The notes below the pieces were generated by a model that saw only the letters and a program-made list of their open reading frames with translations, was not told the DNA's origin and did no database searches. The position numbers were made by a program, and so were the translations under genes. A stretch of DNA of 64,000 bases, taken from contig CM022675.1 of NCBI GenBank assembly GCA_012295275.1, positions 16,244,001-16,308,000 on the forward strand. Reading direction: 5' to 3'. Every line of letters starts with the position of its first letter. Position 1 is the stretch's first letter. Shown piece after piece: positions 37,235 to 52,220 of the stretch. This DNA comes from Chrysomallon squamiferum (Eukaryota > Animalia > Mollusca).

Positions 37235-38054
37235 CTGATATAAGGATCATTTGACATAAAACACTTTAAGAATATTAATCAAAATTAAAATACCAATCTC
37301 TGTTTTAAATTCTACATCTGTTTTATTGGAGAACACATATACTTTTGTATTTACATAATAAATTAACATAATAAATGGTTTATGTACAATGTATAATGAT
37401 GACGTCACAATAGGCTTAGCTAAGAAACAAGCAATAAACATAAGATTGTTTTTATTAAAAATATATTGTTCAAAAATTCTATAAGATGAATTAAGTTTAA
37501 ACAACAAAAGAGTACAGTCAAACATTATTTTGAGTGCCGCCATTTTTCTTTACTTATTACGTCATCAAGTATATGGTGTGCCAATCAGTTATTTTCTAAT
37601 TATTTTTAATTTAATTTAATTTAATTTAATTTTAATTTTTTAAATTCTAAAATAGAAACTGTATATCTACAATAAAATTGCCTTTTTAATCTTCATGACC
37701 TTAAACAAATGGCTGTATATTTTTTTATCTGTACTTCCTATGGAATTGTTTTTACATTGATAATCATATTCACGTGTGTTTGTGAATGTATTTTAACTTA
37801 TGAAACTAAATAGAAAAAAAAACACCGTTTTAATTTTAATCCCATGTATATATAGTTAAAACTATTTTAACATTTTTGTATTTATTTTCTAAAAACGTTC
37901 TGCTGTAAGTAAAGTTATTATACATAATAAAATAACAAAAGGTAAAAGTAAACTCGCATTTTCATAACAATATATATATATATATATTTATATATTAATT
38001 ATTTTACAACTGTTTTACATTATTTTATTTCTGTATGTGTGTGCGTATAAATAA

Positions 38055-38122
<68 letters not shown>

Positions 38123-38235
38123 GCAGACAGATACAGAGAGAGAGATAGATATAGATGTATATACACACACATATGTGCATAATCACGCCAATATATATAT
38201 ACATATATGTACATTTATGTTTTAGTTGTGGGTAC

Positions 38236-38304
<69 letters not shown>

Positions 38305-38488
38305 GTGTGTATGTGTGGGTATGTATATATGTTTGTTTGTGTTATGAAAACTTACTTCAGTTCTAAGTAACTATTATTAATATTCAAAATAAACACCCCT
38401 GTACAGTTGTTAGTAATAAATAAAAGGACCAGATGATTATGAATTAAACACGAATATTTACAGGTGAAAGGTCAGTGAACTGATACTT

Positions 38489-39064
38489 CTAAAAATACGA
38501 AACAGTGGCTCTCGGGATTGACAGCGACGAAGACGACACGTCACTAAAACTCGACATCTTCGACTGTTTCCGTAAAGTAAACATCCGGCAGACGAGAACG
38601 AGGCAAACGATAAGAAGAATGACTAGGAACGCGCTGACGGTTAGTATGGTGACTAAAACCTCCGTTCTTTGGAGGCAGTCTTCCTTCACCTGGTACTGGG
38701 TATCTGTACAAATAAAGAAAATTCAAAATAACAAATAATATTAAGAAATATTATAAATAAAACGAAAATCCCCAAAGCCTTTGCTCGCGGAAGTTTGTGA
38801 CGTCACCGGATATTACGTTAGCGCCTTACATGCCACAGATGTATTATTAATATATATATATGCATGTCGTTGTTACCACTTGTGTATTTGTGTGTATATG
38901 TATATACATATATATACATACAGACATCCGAAAAAAAGATATGTATAAATATACAAACTTACATATACACATCTATATATATATATACGTTTGTATGTGT
39001 TTTTCTGTATGTGTCTATGTATTTGTATGTATGGACTGTATGTAAAACACACACACACACATAC

Positions 39065-39150
<86 letters not shown>

Positions 39151-39280
39151 TTTTGTACCTTGTTGTTGTTCTTTCTTCACAACAGAGTTGTCGGCTATGC
39201 TCACAGACTTGGTTATAGTCATTTCTTTCACAGCTTCTGCCTCTCGCTTTCTTCTGTTCGTTTTTGGAGCAGGACAGTTC

Positions 39281-39342
<62 letters not shown>

Positions 39343-39445
39343 TAATAATAATAATAGTAATAATAATGAAATAAATAAATAAATAAAAATAACTAACTAA
39401 ATAAATAAGAATAAAAATAAGAATTATGAAATAAATAAATAATAA

Positions 39446-39481
<36 letters not shown>

Positions 39482-39643
39482 CTTCTTGTAAAAATGTAAA
39501 TAACTTTTGTGAATATTATAATAAGTGATAATTAAAGAAATGTTTCCTTAGAATGTACAACAAAATATTTACAGTCTTTTAAACCAGTGATAAGCAGAAA
39601 AGAACAAACAAATATTTTACACAAATATATATATATATATATT

Positions 39644-39739
<96 letters not shown>

Positions 39740-40533
39740 GTTCATCTCAAATATGTTTTTAGTTATTTCTGGTGATGTTCCCTATATATAAAACACTGTT
39801 TGATATATAACAGTTATGAACAATGAAGAGTTATATTTATTTTGTTTGTTTTTACAAGTTATAATCGAAGGATTATAAATATGGAAATCACTAGTAACCC
39901 AAAGAGAGCCCTGAAAGAGACCAGGGGAGGTAACTAGTTACTTACAAAAGCACACTTGGCTGCATTCGTGTCGTTACATATCAGCACTTGACAAACAAAC
40001 GTGATGTCCGATGACGTCACAAACTTGAAAAGGGAAATTTTTCCTGCAAATGTCCGATTTGTTGCGTCCATCTCAAAAGGTTTTCCAATTACCGTCGAAC
40101 CTTCCTTTGTGGGACATCTGCAATAAAACAAAATTTATATGATGTTTCTAATTCAAGTTTATCTAAACTTATCCTAAATGAACAAAGTTCAGAGGCAGTT
40201 TTAACGGATGGTTTGAGTGTTTGACTATCGGCATTCCATAATAACAAAAAGCATGACGGATTTCCTATGTAATTATGGTCTACATATTGATCATTATTAT
40301 TGTTATTAGTCAATGTCTGAATGAAACTATTTATACTGTAAATAAAAATGTTGAGTTTTTCTGGGATGCCCGTGAAACGCCTGGCTGTTACCTAGGTAAC
40401 TGTTCTTTAACCCAGACTGACTAAATTAAACAAGATCATTAATTGTAATAAATCTAGTAAATGTAGGCATAAATATCAGTTTCTTCATTCGATTAATTAT
40501 TTAATACAGTATTGGTAACATTCAAAAATTATT

Positions 40534-40566
<33 letters not shown>

Positions 40567-42022
40567 CGTTATTATTATTATTATCAACATCATCATTACT
40601 GTGATATTATTATAGTTTTATTTTTATCACAGTCATTTTCATCATTAATATTATCATTATCATTATAATCACCATTATTACTATTATTACTACTGTTACT
40701 GCTACTGCTAATATTACTAATATTAGTAGTAGTAATAGTAGTAGTAGCAGTAGTAGTAGTAGTAGTAGTAGTAGAAAATAAAATATTTAATTTTTATTTA
40801 CCCATTTTCTAAAATAAGGAGTTCGGTTGGAGAGTTTGTGTTTCCGTCAGACGCTTTAATTGACTTGACCAGCAGCGTCTTGAATCCTGTGTACATGAAA
40901 CGAATAAATACTCAAACAAAACTGCTACTGAGTGAGACATTTCTTCAGTACTGGATCCGTGTCAATGTATTTACAATGTATCTTTAATACTATGAAGATC
41001 TCACTAGGCATTTCCATTTTTTTCTATGTAATAAATAACTAAACTTTGCTAACAATAAAGTATAGTCATAATAGAACAGGGCTACGAAAATAAAATTAAA
41101 GATATCATTCTTAAACCATTTTGCTGTAATGAATATGATGACCATAATGAAGTCATCATATGTACTGATTCACATAATAAATATGAAATTTCCCAACTGC
41201 AAAGATTTTGTAAAATGTTTTATTTTATAATCAGTCTCTATCCATTTGCTGTTCTCTAATAATATTTCGGTGTGGAATGTTGATAATATTTTACATTATT
41301 AGTATAATCCTGTTTTACGTCACTCACCACTAGTCACTGGAATGTTGAAAGAGAAATCTAAAGGACTTCCAATATTTAGACCAGTTTTGGGAATGGGCTT
41401 TTCTCCTGTTTTCAAACTGAACACAATCGGGTCATAATTCCCTTCTACATCTCCTCCTTTGTACAGCTCACTAAAGCAAAGAAACAAACAAACAAACAAA
41501 TAAATAAACAAATAAATAAATTACACAAAAACACAACAAAAAAACCCCACTAGATAATGAAACAAAATATAAATTTTATTTTGCATCAGGTAGCGATTAA
41601 TACTAATATTTATGTGTACTAAAGATTGTGTAAAAAACAAAAAATGAGTAAAGGAAATCCATATACTCCCAATTAGTAGTTTAATGTTTTGGGCGACTTT
41701 TTGTCGCTAATGACAAATTATGACAAAATTAGTAATACTTTTACAAAACGTTTTAACGTCGCCATTTTAGTTTTTTTATAACTATGCACGTGACGTCATA
41801 AGTTAATGGGGAAAGCTGGAATTTTTATTATTAATTTTATTTTTATTTTTATGTATTTATTTTATTATTATATTTTTTTTATTTTTTATAAATTTATTTA
41901 TTTTTTGTTGTAGTTATTGTTTCTTTCTTTGCATTTTCTAATACCATTATACAAAAGAATCGTATTACATCAGTCGGTGCTGTACACAGTGACGTCACGA
42001 CTAAAGTAAAAATGTTTTAAAA

Positions 42023-42079
<57 letters not shown>

Positions 42080-42555
42080 TTGTTATTAACTGAATTGGAT
42101 TAATGAAACAGAAGTTGGAAATATGAAGACTATATTTAGACTATTTCTTCCTATTATCATATATTACATGATTAATAAACTAAAAGTATATTTTAATATG
42201 TCTTATTTCTTACTCTTTAACGGTAACTCCTGACACCTTGCTTTCCACCACATTACTCTCGTTAAAAACACACTTCGCTTTAATCATTTCGTCTTTATCC
42301 GTTATAAACTGTGTGTTGTACTCGATGTAAAAAACTGCTTCGTATTCCCGAGAGCTGGTCTGAATAATCAGATTAAAGACATCAACAAGTTGTAACATAA
42401 TATAAAACATAAATATCAGTCATGTAACATAATAATAAACAAGATACACAGGCACAAATGAACTTTCAGACAAAAGAAAATCGTCATAAACAAACGTTAA
42501 ACTCGATAAAATGATAATACAGAAAAGAACATAAAGAAAAATAAAGAACTGAAGA

Positions 42556-42590
<35 letters not shown>

Positions 42591-44558
42591 TAGAAATATA
42601 ATCTAACAACAACAGCCTAGAAAAAGTTTTAAATCCATTAGAAAGAAAATCAAACAAATACACAAATAAATACACAAATAGAAAAATAAATAAAAGATAG
42701 TTACGTTTTGAACGGAAAGGTTTCCACATTCCGATAAATCCAGGTTCAGAATGAGAGCTAAGCCTTGCCAGGTTTGAAGAACTTTATTTGAATCGTTTGT
42801 TTGAGCCGTTGTAACGTTGTTGAAAACACAGTTCTTTTTATTTCTGAAATTTCTCATAAACGCGATTCCATTAAATGTGCCGTACGTGTTCATATTCAGA
42901 TACATTTTTCTGCCGATACACTGCACATCAACTAAAACATAGACATTAATACTGTTATACACTTCACATCAACTAAAACATAGACATTAATACCGTTATA
43001 CACATCACATCAACTAAAATATATACGTTAATGTTATTATACAGCGCACATCCGTTAAAATATAGACATTAATACTACTATACATTGCACATAAACTAAA
43101 ACATAGACTTAATACTACTATACATTGCACATAAACTAAAACATAGACATTAATACTGTTATACACTTCACATAAACTAAAACATAGACTTAATACTACT
43201 ATACATTGCACATAAACTAAAACATAGACATTAATACTGTTATACACTTCACATAAACTAAAACATAGACTTAATACTACTACATATTGCACATAAACTA
43301 AAACATAGAAATTAATACTGTTATACACTTCACATCAACTAAAACATAGAAATTAATACTGTTATACACTTCACATAAACTAAAACATAGACTTAATACT
43401 ACTACATATTGCACATAAACTAAAACATAGACATTAATAGTACTATTCATTGCACATAGAAATTAATACTGTTACACAGAGCATATGAACTAAAATATAG
43501 ACTTAATACATCTATACAGACCACATGAACTAAAATAAAGACATATTTTTTTATACAGCACATCTACTAAAAAATATACATCTTGTGATAAACTACACAT
43601 CTACTAAAAAATATACATCTTGTGATAAACTGCACATCAGCTAAAAGACAGAAAACACATACCACCACTTCTGATAAAGCAGGAGCTCTGGCTGGATTGG
43701 CATGCTGAGGAGGACTGATCTTGCAACCTATGAAACCTCAGCTAACACTCCAGTCACTGAGGCACAGATTATAAATGATGAAAAACACAAACACTCACCT
43801 CTTTTCAAACTGCAGTCAGTGCTGTAGTAGTTCTCCTTACACACACACGTCTGTCTGTTATTTACTGTTACACACTCTCCTTGTCCGTTACACTTCTGTG
43901 TAGAACAGCTGGAATTTCCCTTAGCAGCTTAAAACAATTACAACAGTCCAATCACATATCAATATTTCAAAATTATTGCCAAAACATATTATAATGTACG
44001 TGAAACAAAATGTTTGTGACAAGCGAACTGGCTGGTACTGGAGTATGCAATACGTATTTCCAACAGTAAAATGGCGACGTCCATGTACAGACAGCCAGAC
44101 ATAATATTAAAATGGAAATACTGACAATGTGTTTATATAATTATTTCCTTATAACACAATACACTTTAATAAAAGTAGAGATTATAGTAATGCTAACGTT
44201 TACTGAATAGAGTTACTTCCCTTCAGTAATAACTGATTTGGTTATTATCTACGTTGGTTTTTCTCTAAAAAATAACGAGAAATAGTTTTTTCTAAATATT
44301 TGAAATATTAAATACTAATTAATTATTAAGTAATAAGAATTACATGATCTGCATAATTAGCCTACTTGTTATACATTTCAGGTGGACAGGAGAAATATAA
44401 AGTTTTCAAGTAGATTACGTTAATATATCACATTCCCGATTTATAGGGCTGTGAATTTAAGTACTCATGACAGACTGGGCATTTTACACATGTATATCTA
44501 TATATATATCTTTCTTCCTCACATACATACATATATACAATCATACATAAATGTGTGT

Positions 44559-44597
<39 letters not shown>

Positions 44598-45370
44598 TGT
44601 GTGTGTGAAGAATTTCTTCTCATTTTAGTCAGTATCGTCAGCTGTCTTAGACTCACAGTCAGTATTTATCATTTATTTCTTTAGAACATTCACACTAGCT
44701 GTTAGTTAATTTCCAATAAGTGGTCTGTTAACTGTTCCAGGTAAAAAACGATGTAATAAACGATGAGATAATTAGAGATGAAAACAGTGAAAATACCCGT
44801 TTTCTGTTTCACAGGTATCCCAGAACTTGTAACAATTTATGAGGCCTGATTAAGGTTGTGTGAAATAAACTGGAGATATTTGACGGACTCGTGGCATAAC
44901 GATAATGAAACAGAGTGTAATGTTAACTTACAATTTAAAATTGAGCATGCAAAACCGGAATAAAGAGAACTTGTGTCAGTACAGCGACAAGTTCCGTCGA
45001 TCAAACAAACACCCTTCGTACAATCCTGACCATTTCTATTACAATCAAAAGCCACCCGAGCTGCTCCGTTAACACACGTTAATATAGCTAGAGGAAATAA
45101 AAAATAAAACAATAATTTAGAACATAGGTGTGTGTGTGTGTGTGTGTGTGTCTGTGTGTGTGTCTGTGTGTGTGTGTGTTTGAGAGAGAGAGAGAGAGAG
45201 AGAGAGGGGGTAATGGAGAAATGGTTAGGTATTAATCGTTTCATGTATAATTTAACCCCCCCCCAAAAAAATAACTGTTTAAGAAAAAAACATCAGTTAA
45301 ACTATAAAAATGTTTAAAATTAAAAATTAAAATAAAAAGACAAAAGACAAAATAAATGTCAAAATAAAGG

Positions 45371-45440
<70 letters not shown>

Positions 45441-45506
45441 ATGATACTAATTATTATAATAACAATTACAGCAAAAACAACAAAACAGGAACAGTAATAG
45501 TAACAG

Positions 45507-45552
<46 letters not shown>

Positions 45553-45854
45553 GTTGTTGTTGTTGTTGTTGTTGTTATTGTTATTATCATTGTCATTATT
45601 AATAATATTATTATTATCATTATTACACAAAATAAATAATTATACATTATAAAATATGTATATGAAATCAATAAAAAAAATAAAAAATAAAAAAAATAAA
45701 TGCCCTTCTCCAAATAAAACAGAACAAAATAACATACCCTTCCAGCCAGACAACTCAGAACCCCTCCCTCAATAACAATCACAAAAACAATAGAAACAAT
45801 AGAGAAAACTGACTTACAAAGAACAGTAAGAACGAGTTTCAGGTTGCCTGTCAT
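38489..45854 (-). CDS. EGF-like and zona pellucida domain type I membrane protein (EGF-ZP family), 476 aa, 10 coding exons
   Basis: Exons (-): 45854-45818, 45087-44932, 43927-43799, 42931-42705, 42359-42214, 41470-41328, 40886-40802, 40117-39946, 39279-39159, 38703-38489; all GT-AG and in phase (1431 nt). Signal peptide MTGNLKLVLTVLSILTCVNG; two 6-Cys EGF repeats; 4-Cys ZP-N; ZP-C with LILENGCP, LFKF and FVCQVLIC; furin site RRKR; TM VLVTILTVSAFLVILLIVCLVLVC; short Ser-rich tail. Confidence 0.92.
39739..39913. repeat. Dispersed repeat, copy 2 (about 170 bp adjoining a (GA)n tract), intronic
   Basis: Same orientation and same (GA)n junction as the copy at 36680-36850. Confidence 0.8.
42920..43520. 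repeat. About 39-41-bp minisatellite containing copies of the exon 4 acceptor of the EGF-ZP gene
   Basis: tacac[t/a]t[c/g]cacat[c/a]aactaaaacatagac[a]ttaatact repeated about 14 times; on the - strand each unit reads ..ctatgttttag|t[t/g]..atgtg. Confidence 0.9.
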
Positions 45855-46121
45855 GCTGATGTTTGGAAAGACGGGAGTAAATGATACCTGCAAAGAGAGG
45901 CGAGTCAGAAATGTGTTTTGAAATAAAACCAGGCAGCAGATGGTGGAAGCTCTTGTATTGATATTAAAATAACGCATTGTTTCGTGTATTTACACATGTA
46001 TAATTCAACAATAATGTACGTATGACTAATTTAAAACACTGTTTTACTGTGTCAAAACTTTTGTATGTGAGTGAGTGTGTCTGTAAGTATGTGTGTGTGT
46101 GTGTTCGTAAACATGTTATCC

Positions 46122-46209
<88 letters not shown>

Positions 46210-46783
46210 ATATATATAGGGAATAACTGGTTTCTGTTTTAAGATGTTCTCTTTATTTTGTGAATGTATAAATTCCGATTTGCAACGAGGTTCTTTCAAT
46301 CACAAATGGACATGAGTAGGATAAAGCTGATATCTTAAAACAGTTATTATTTCTTTTTGTTTTTTTTTATCCTGGAGACCCAAATAATGCAAAAACGAAA
46401 TTCGTTGGTTTTGATTTATTTTTTGAATGAAAAGTGTTTTAAATATTGTCTTTTTGGATCTGAATCAGCGGTTAAACAAGGAACTTTGAACAGCGTATGT
46501 ATGTATATATATATATATAATTAATCGAAGTAAATACCGTGCCCAGAAATATAGAAATTTATCTAGGCATTGTATCTTTTCGATACGAACAATATATAAA
46601 TATATATTTGATTGGAGGCTTTTCGGTATATATATATATGTACTCGGATGTATATATTTATCTGTCTATTTATATCTGTCTCTCTGTCTCTAAGTCTCTC
46701 TTTACTTAAATACTCTTTATATATATAATAACTATATCTATCTATCTGTGTAATACATACGCATATACATATAAATACATACA

Positions 46784-46828
<45 letters not shown>

Positions 46829-47105
46829 TTGTATTAAAGTTCAATATCGAGTAGAAAGGTCTGAAATCTGCGTCATTTAATAAAGTGAACACAATGAAAA
46901 ATCTAAACTCTTTAATTGTGGTTATCGATGTTTTCTGGGCGAGGTTTTCTACATCTGTGTCTGTGCGACAGTCGGACGGGCAGTAAAGCTGCATAAACTA
47001 AACACGCAAGTTAACTCAGTCAATAAAATCAATACTCGTTTTCTCACACACACTCAAATAACCAACGCCCTGCATTTGTTTAGTATGTAATTTTAGTTTT
47101 TATTA

Positions 47106-47150
<45 letters not shown>

Positions 47151-47309
47151 TATTATTATTATTATATATTATTATTTTTATTATTTATTGTTATTATTTA
47201 TTATTATTTTTATTATTTTATTACTTACTTATTTCTTATTATTGTTATTATTATTAGTAGTAGTAGTATTAGTTGTAGTAGTCGTACTAGTAGTATTGTT
47301 GTTGTTGTT

Positions 47310-47361
<52 letters not shown>

Positions 47362-47782
47362 TTTGTTTATTTATTTATTTATTTATATACTGCGTGTTAA
47401 CAGTGCTATAATCTGATGTTGTTCAAGCCAGGTAATATAACGATTTTTACTTACTTATTCAGCTAGGAATATGTTGAAGTATTGACACGACGCTGCTAGT
47501 GTAAACTTGATTAGATGAGTTCATTCATTCTGCGAGTAATGAGGAAACTGAGACACGCCCATCAAACTAATAACTAGCACACAACTGTGATTGGCTTCTT
47601 GTGTACTCGAATTTAGTTTTCTGATTTCATTCAGTTAGATTATTAGTAGTAGTAGTAGTAGTAGTACTAGTAGTAGAAGTAGTAGTAGTAGTAATAAGTA
47701 GTAGTATTGTTATTGTTATTATTAGCTATTATTACGATTATTAATATTATTATTATTACTGTTGTTGTTGTTATTATCATTA

Positions 47783-47813
<31 letters not shown>

Positions 47814-48429
47814 GTTAGTTAGTTAGTTATTTATATAGCATATTATTATGATACATATTAAATAGCTGAGATATATATTATTCAGGATCACATTATTGGA
47901 AAACAGATTAATTATCGAATGATTCAACTCTCTATAATACAAATTATAAACTATTTTTATACATACTGGTAATAACAATATCTTAACTTAAAAAATATGT
48001 ATATAATAAGTGTATGAACAGCGCCTGTTGTTCGTATTAAAAGACATCATTTTTAATAATTATAAAAGCAATAACTTTTGCCCAAGTCTAAAATACACTA
48101 CTGACTAAAGATCAGTTCTGAAATTACAAATATTAACACTTTTAATATTATTAAAAGTAAAATTATCATGATTAAAATTAAAATATTAACATTATCAAAA
48201 TTAAAAGACTATTAATATATTTAATTTGATTTTTTTTTTTTTTTTTAATATTTTCGAATGTTGTTTTAAACATGAAATATTTTGACTTTTGAGTATGATA
48301 GATAGATGGATGTAAGTTTCTGTGTTTGTGAGTTTTTGTATGTATGTCTGTACGTGCGTGTGTCTGTTTGAAGTGTTTCTGTGTGTGCTACTATTTTTTG
48401 CTTTTGAGTAAATGAGAGAGACAGAGAAT

Positions 48430-50390
48430 GTGTGTGTCTGTCTTAGTGTGTAACTGTGTGTGTGTCTTAGTGTGTAACTGTGTGTCTGTCTTAGTGTGTA
48501 ACTGTGTGTGTCTGTCTTAGTGTGTAACTGTGTGTGTCTGTCTTAGTGTGTAACTGTGTGTGTCTGTCTTAGTGTGTAATTGTGTGTCTGTTTTAGTGTG
48601 TAATTGTGTGTTAGTGTGTAACTGTGTGTCTGTTTTAGTGTGTAACTGTGTGTCTGTCTTAGTGTGTAACTGTGTGTCTGTTTTAGTGTGTGTGTGTCTG
48701 TCTTAGTGTGTAACTGTGTGTCTGTTTTAGTGTGTAACTGTGTGTCTGTCTTAGTGTGTAACTGTGTGTCTGTTTGTTTTAGTGTGTAACTGTGTGTCTG
48801 TTTTAGTGTGTAACTGTGTGTCTGTTTTAGTGTGTAACTGTGTGTCTGTTTTAGTGTGTAACTGTGTGTGTCTGTTTTAGTGTGTAACTGTGTGTCTGTT
48901 TTAGTGTGTAACTGTGTGTCTGTCTTAGTGTGTAACTGTGTGTCTGTTTAAGTGTGTAACTGTGTGTCTGTTTTAGTGTGTAATTGTGTGTGTCTGATCT
49001 AGTGTGTAATTGAGTGTGTCTGTTTTAGTGTGTAACTGTGTGTGTCTGTTTTAGTGTGTAACTGTGTGTCTGTTTTAGTGTGTAACTGTGTGTCTGTTTT
49101 AGTGTGTAACTGTGTGTCTGTTTTAGTGTGTAACTGTGTGTCTGTCTTAGTGTGTAACTGTGTGTCTGTTTTAGTGTGTAACTGTGTGTCTGTCTTAGTG
49201 TGTAACTGTGTGTCTGTTTTAGTGTGTAACTGTGTGTCTGTTTTAGTGTGTAACTGTGTGTGTCTGTTTTAGTGTGTAACTGTGTGTCTGTCTTAGTGTG
49301 TAACTGTGTGTCTGTTTTAGTGTGTAACTGTGTGTCTGTCTTAGTGTGTAACTGTGTGTCTGTTTTAGTGTGTCTGTCTGTTTTAGTGTGTAACTGTGTG
49401 TGTCTGTTTTAGTGTGTAACTGTGTGTCTGTCTTAGTGTGTAACTGTGTGTCTGTTTTAGTGTGTAACTGTGTGTCTGTTTTAGTGTGTAATTGTGTGTC
49501 TGTTTTAGTGTGTAACTGTGTGTGTCTGTTTTAGTGTGTAACTGTGTGTCTGTCTTAGTGTGTAACTGTGTGTCTGTTTAAGTGTATAACTGTGTGTCTG
49601 TTTTAGTGTGTAACTGTGTGTGTCTGATCTAGTGTGTAATTGAGTGTGTCTGTTTTAGTGTGTAACTGTGTGTGTCTGTTTTAGTGTGTAACTGTGTGTC
49701 TGTCTTAGTGTGTAACTGTGTGTCTGTTTTAGTGTGTAATTGTGTGTCTGTTTTAGTGTGTAACTGTGTGTGTCTGTTTTAGTGTGTAACTGTGTGTCTG
49801 TCTTAGTGTGTAACTGTGTGTCTGTTTAAGTGTGTAACTGTGTGTCTGTTTTAGTGTGTAAACTGTGTGTCTGTTTTAGTGTGTAACTGTGTGTGTCTGA
49901 TCTAGTGTGTAATTGAGTGTGTCTGTTTTAGTGTGTAACTGTGTGTGTCTGTTTTAGTGTATAACTGTGTGTCTGTTCTAGTGTGTAATTGAGTGTGTCT
50001 GTTTTAGTGTGTAACTGTGTGTCTGTTTTAGTGTATAACTGTGTGTGTGTTTTAGTGTGTAACTGTGTGTGTCTGTTCTAGTGTGTAACTGTGTGTGTCT
50101 GTTTTAGTTTGTAGTTGTGTGTGTATGTTCTAGTGTGTAACTGTGTGTGTCTATTTTAGTGTGTAACTGTGTGTGTATGTTCTAGTGTGTAACTGAGTGT
50201 GTCTGTTCTAGTGTGTAACTGTGTGTGTCTGTTCTAGTGTGTAACTGAGTGTGTCTGTTCTAGTGTGTAACTGTGTGTGTCTGTTCTAGTGTGTAACTGT
50301 GTGTGTCTGTTCTAGTGTGTAACTGTGTGTGTCTGTTCTAGTGTGTAACTGAGTGTGTCTGTTTTAGTGTGTAACTGTGTGTGTATGTTT
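48430..50390. repeat. About 24-26-bp TG-rich minisatellite array, about 2 kb
   Basis: tagtgtgtaactgtgtg(tg)tctgt[t/c]t repeated about 75-80 times. Confidence 0.95.
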
Positions 50391-50569
50391 TTGTATGTTG
50401 AAAATATCAACCTTTAACATTTTTTATCACAAAACATACGTGACAAGACGATACCGGAATTTACGTGCACAAAACATTCTTCAAGTCCATTTTTATCTTT
50501 GAGGCAGTAAAATCAAAAAAGTTTTATATTTTAAAATACGGGACTAAAGATAAGTAAACTCAGCCTTAC

Positions 50570-50650
50570 CTTACACACAGATTCAAATGCACCGCGCTTC
50601 TCTCCTGCTGCAATGATTTAAATTTCCCTTCTCCTTGTTTTTTATATAAA
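50570..50650 (-). promoter_or_regulatory. Candidate TATA promoter and short first non-coding exon for the - strand EGF-ZP gene
   Basis: The - strand reads tatataaaaa, then an Inr-like tcattg about 32 nt later (A at 50614), then a strong donor gtgtaag|gtaagg at 50570/50569. The ATG exon has an acceptor (ttgcag| at 45887), implying an upstream exon. Confidence 0.4.
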
Positions 50651-51068
50651 CCAATAGCAGTGATTCAAAAGTACCCCTCTCCTCGTGTATACGACCGCTG
50701 ATTTAGATGTACCCTCCTACTTGCAGCTACACCCTAATTGTGATTAAAAACCGCACGAATCACCGAGTTTATTTACGTTTCGATTGCAACTAAAGACTGA
50801 ACATGAATCACATACTAAATCAATCAAGCTGGATGAACTTTCTTTTGAAGAGCCAGGTGTTACACAAACAGTCAGTTCTGTACTCACAGACGTGCATCAG
50901 CTTTCCAGTTTTACATTCTGTTCAAACACAAGATAGTCCACACTGGTAGATTCTAGTTACGTAAATTCCTGTTTAAAATTTCCTAGTATTAATATTAGGT
51001 TAACTATTTTCTTCTTCTTCTTCTTCTTCTTCTTCGTCTTCTTCTTCTTCTTCTTCTTCTTATTATTA

Positions 51069-51113
<45 letters not shown>

Positions 51114-51650
51114 CCTGTTGTTTTGCTGTTATTATTGTTTCTATTATTGTTATTACTGTTGTTGTTGTTGCTGTTGTTGTTATTGTTATTGCTATTATTT
51201 ATTATTATTGTTGCTGTTCTTGTTGTTACTACTATTATAATTATTATATTATTAAATAAATGTACGTTAGAAATGATTAGTTAAATGATTAATATAATTA
51301 ATCGTCCACTGTAAAGTATTTTAATTTTTCCATTAATATGTTGTTACGGGATGTAGTTTTCGATTTATGTAAATCTTTAGAAAACTGCGCAGTAACGGTA
51401 TATTCAGAGTGTTCACGTGAATACACGAATGTGTTCACATTGAATGATCAGTTTGTGAGTCATAGCGAAAATAATAACAGCTACAGCACCTCTGAAGAAA
51501 AGCAATTAGCGGTTGTTGTTATTTTTTTTGGGGGGGTGCATATCAGTTGTATATATATATATATAATTTTATTTCTCTACATACTTCAAACCGTATTCAT
51601 TCATTTTCTTGCCTTGTCTAAAATCGAACACACACACACACACACACACA

Positions 51651-52220
51651 CAGTGTTATCTTGACTTACGAGTTTAATTCGTTCCGTGACCGTGTTCGTA
51701 ACAAAATTTGCTCGTATATCAAATCAATTTTCCCAACTGAAATTATTTGAAATACCATTAATCCGTTCCAGCACGCATAACGTGTTTTTAAATAAGAAAA
51801 ATGTATTTATAAATGACAAATATTGTATAAGAACAAAATAAAAGAGAATGTAAAGAAATAAATTGGTTTTGTAATGTGTATTTATCTTGGAGATCAGACA
51901 AATTATTTTAACGCCTTTGGCTTGAGTTACAGCTTTTATCGACTCCTTCAGCTTCAGTATGGTTCATATTGTAGAAGTACTACGCTCGTACTGCCTACCC
52001 AAGTCGACTACATGCACACCTCAATCATATTTTTCAGTGAATTCATGCTTTAATTCAATGGACATCATCCGCTTCTTCTTCTCAACACTGTCCTTTGCAT
52101 TCACTTTCTTAGGATCCATGGCCAGAAAAAATAAATTTGGTAAAATATCAAACAAAACGCGAACACCACATAAGAGAGATGCAAAGTAACCACGTGACGT
52201 AAACCAGTGAGACGCGGGAT
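51651..52220 (-). mobile_element. Decayed, internally deleted Tigger/pogo DNA transposon with N-terminal transposase remnant
   Basis: From ATG at 52119 the - strand reads MDPKKVNAKDSVEKKKRMMSIELKHEFTEKYD*GVHVVDLGRQYERSTSTI*TILKLKESIKAVTQAKGVKII, a CENP-B/Tigger N-terminal HTH with two stops. A Tigger-like terminus cagtgttatcttgacttacgagtttaattcgttcc starts at 51651. The opposite TIR was not found. Confidence 0.85.
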
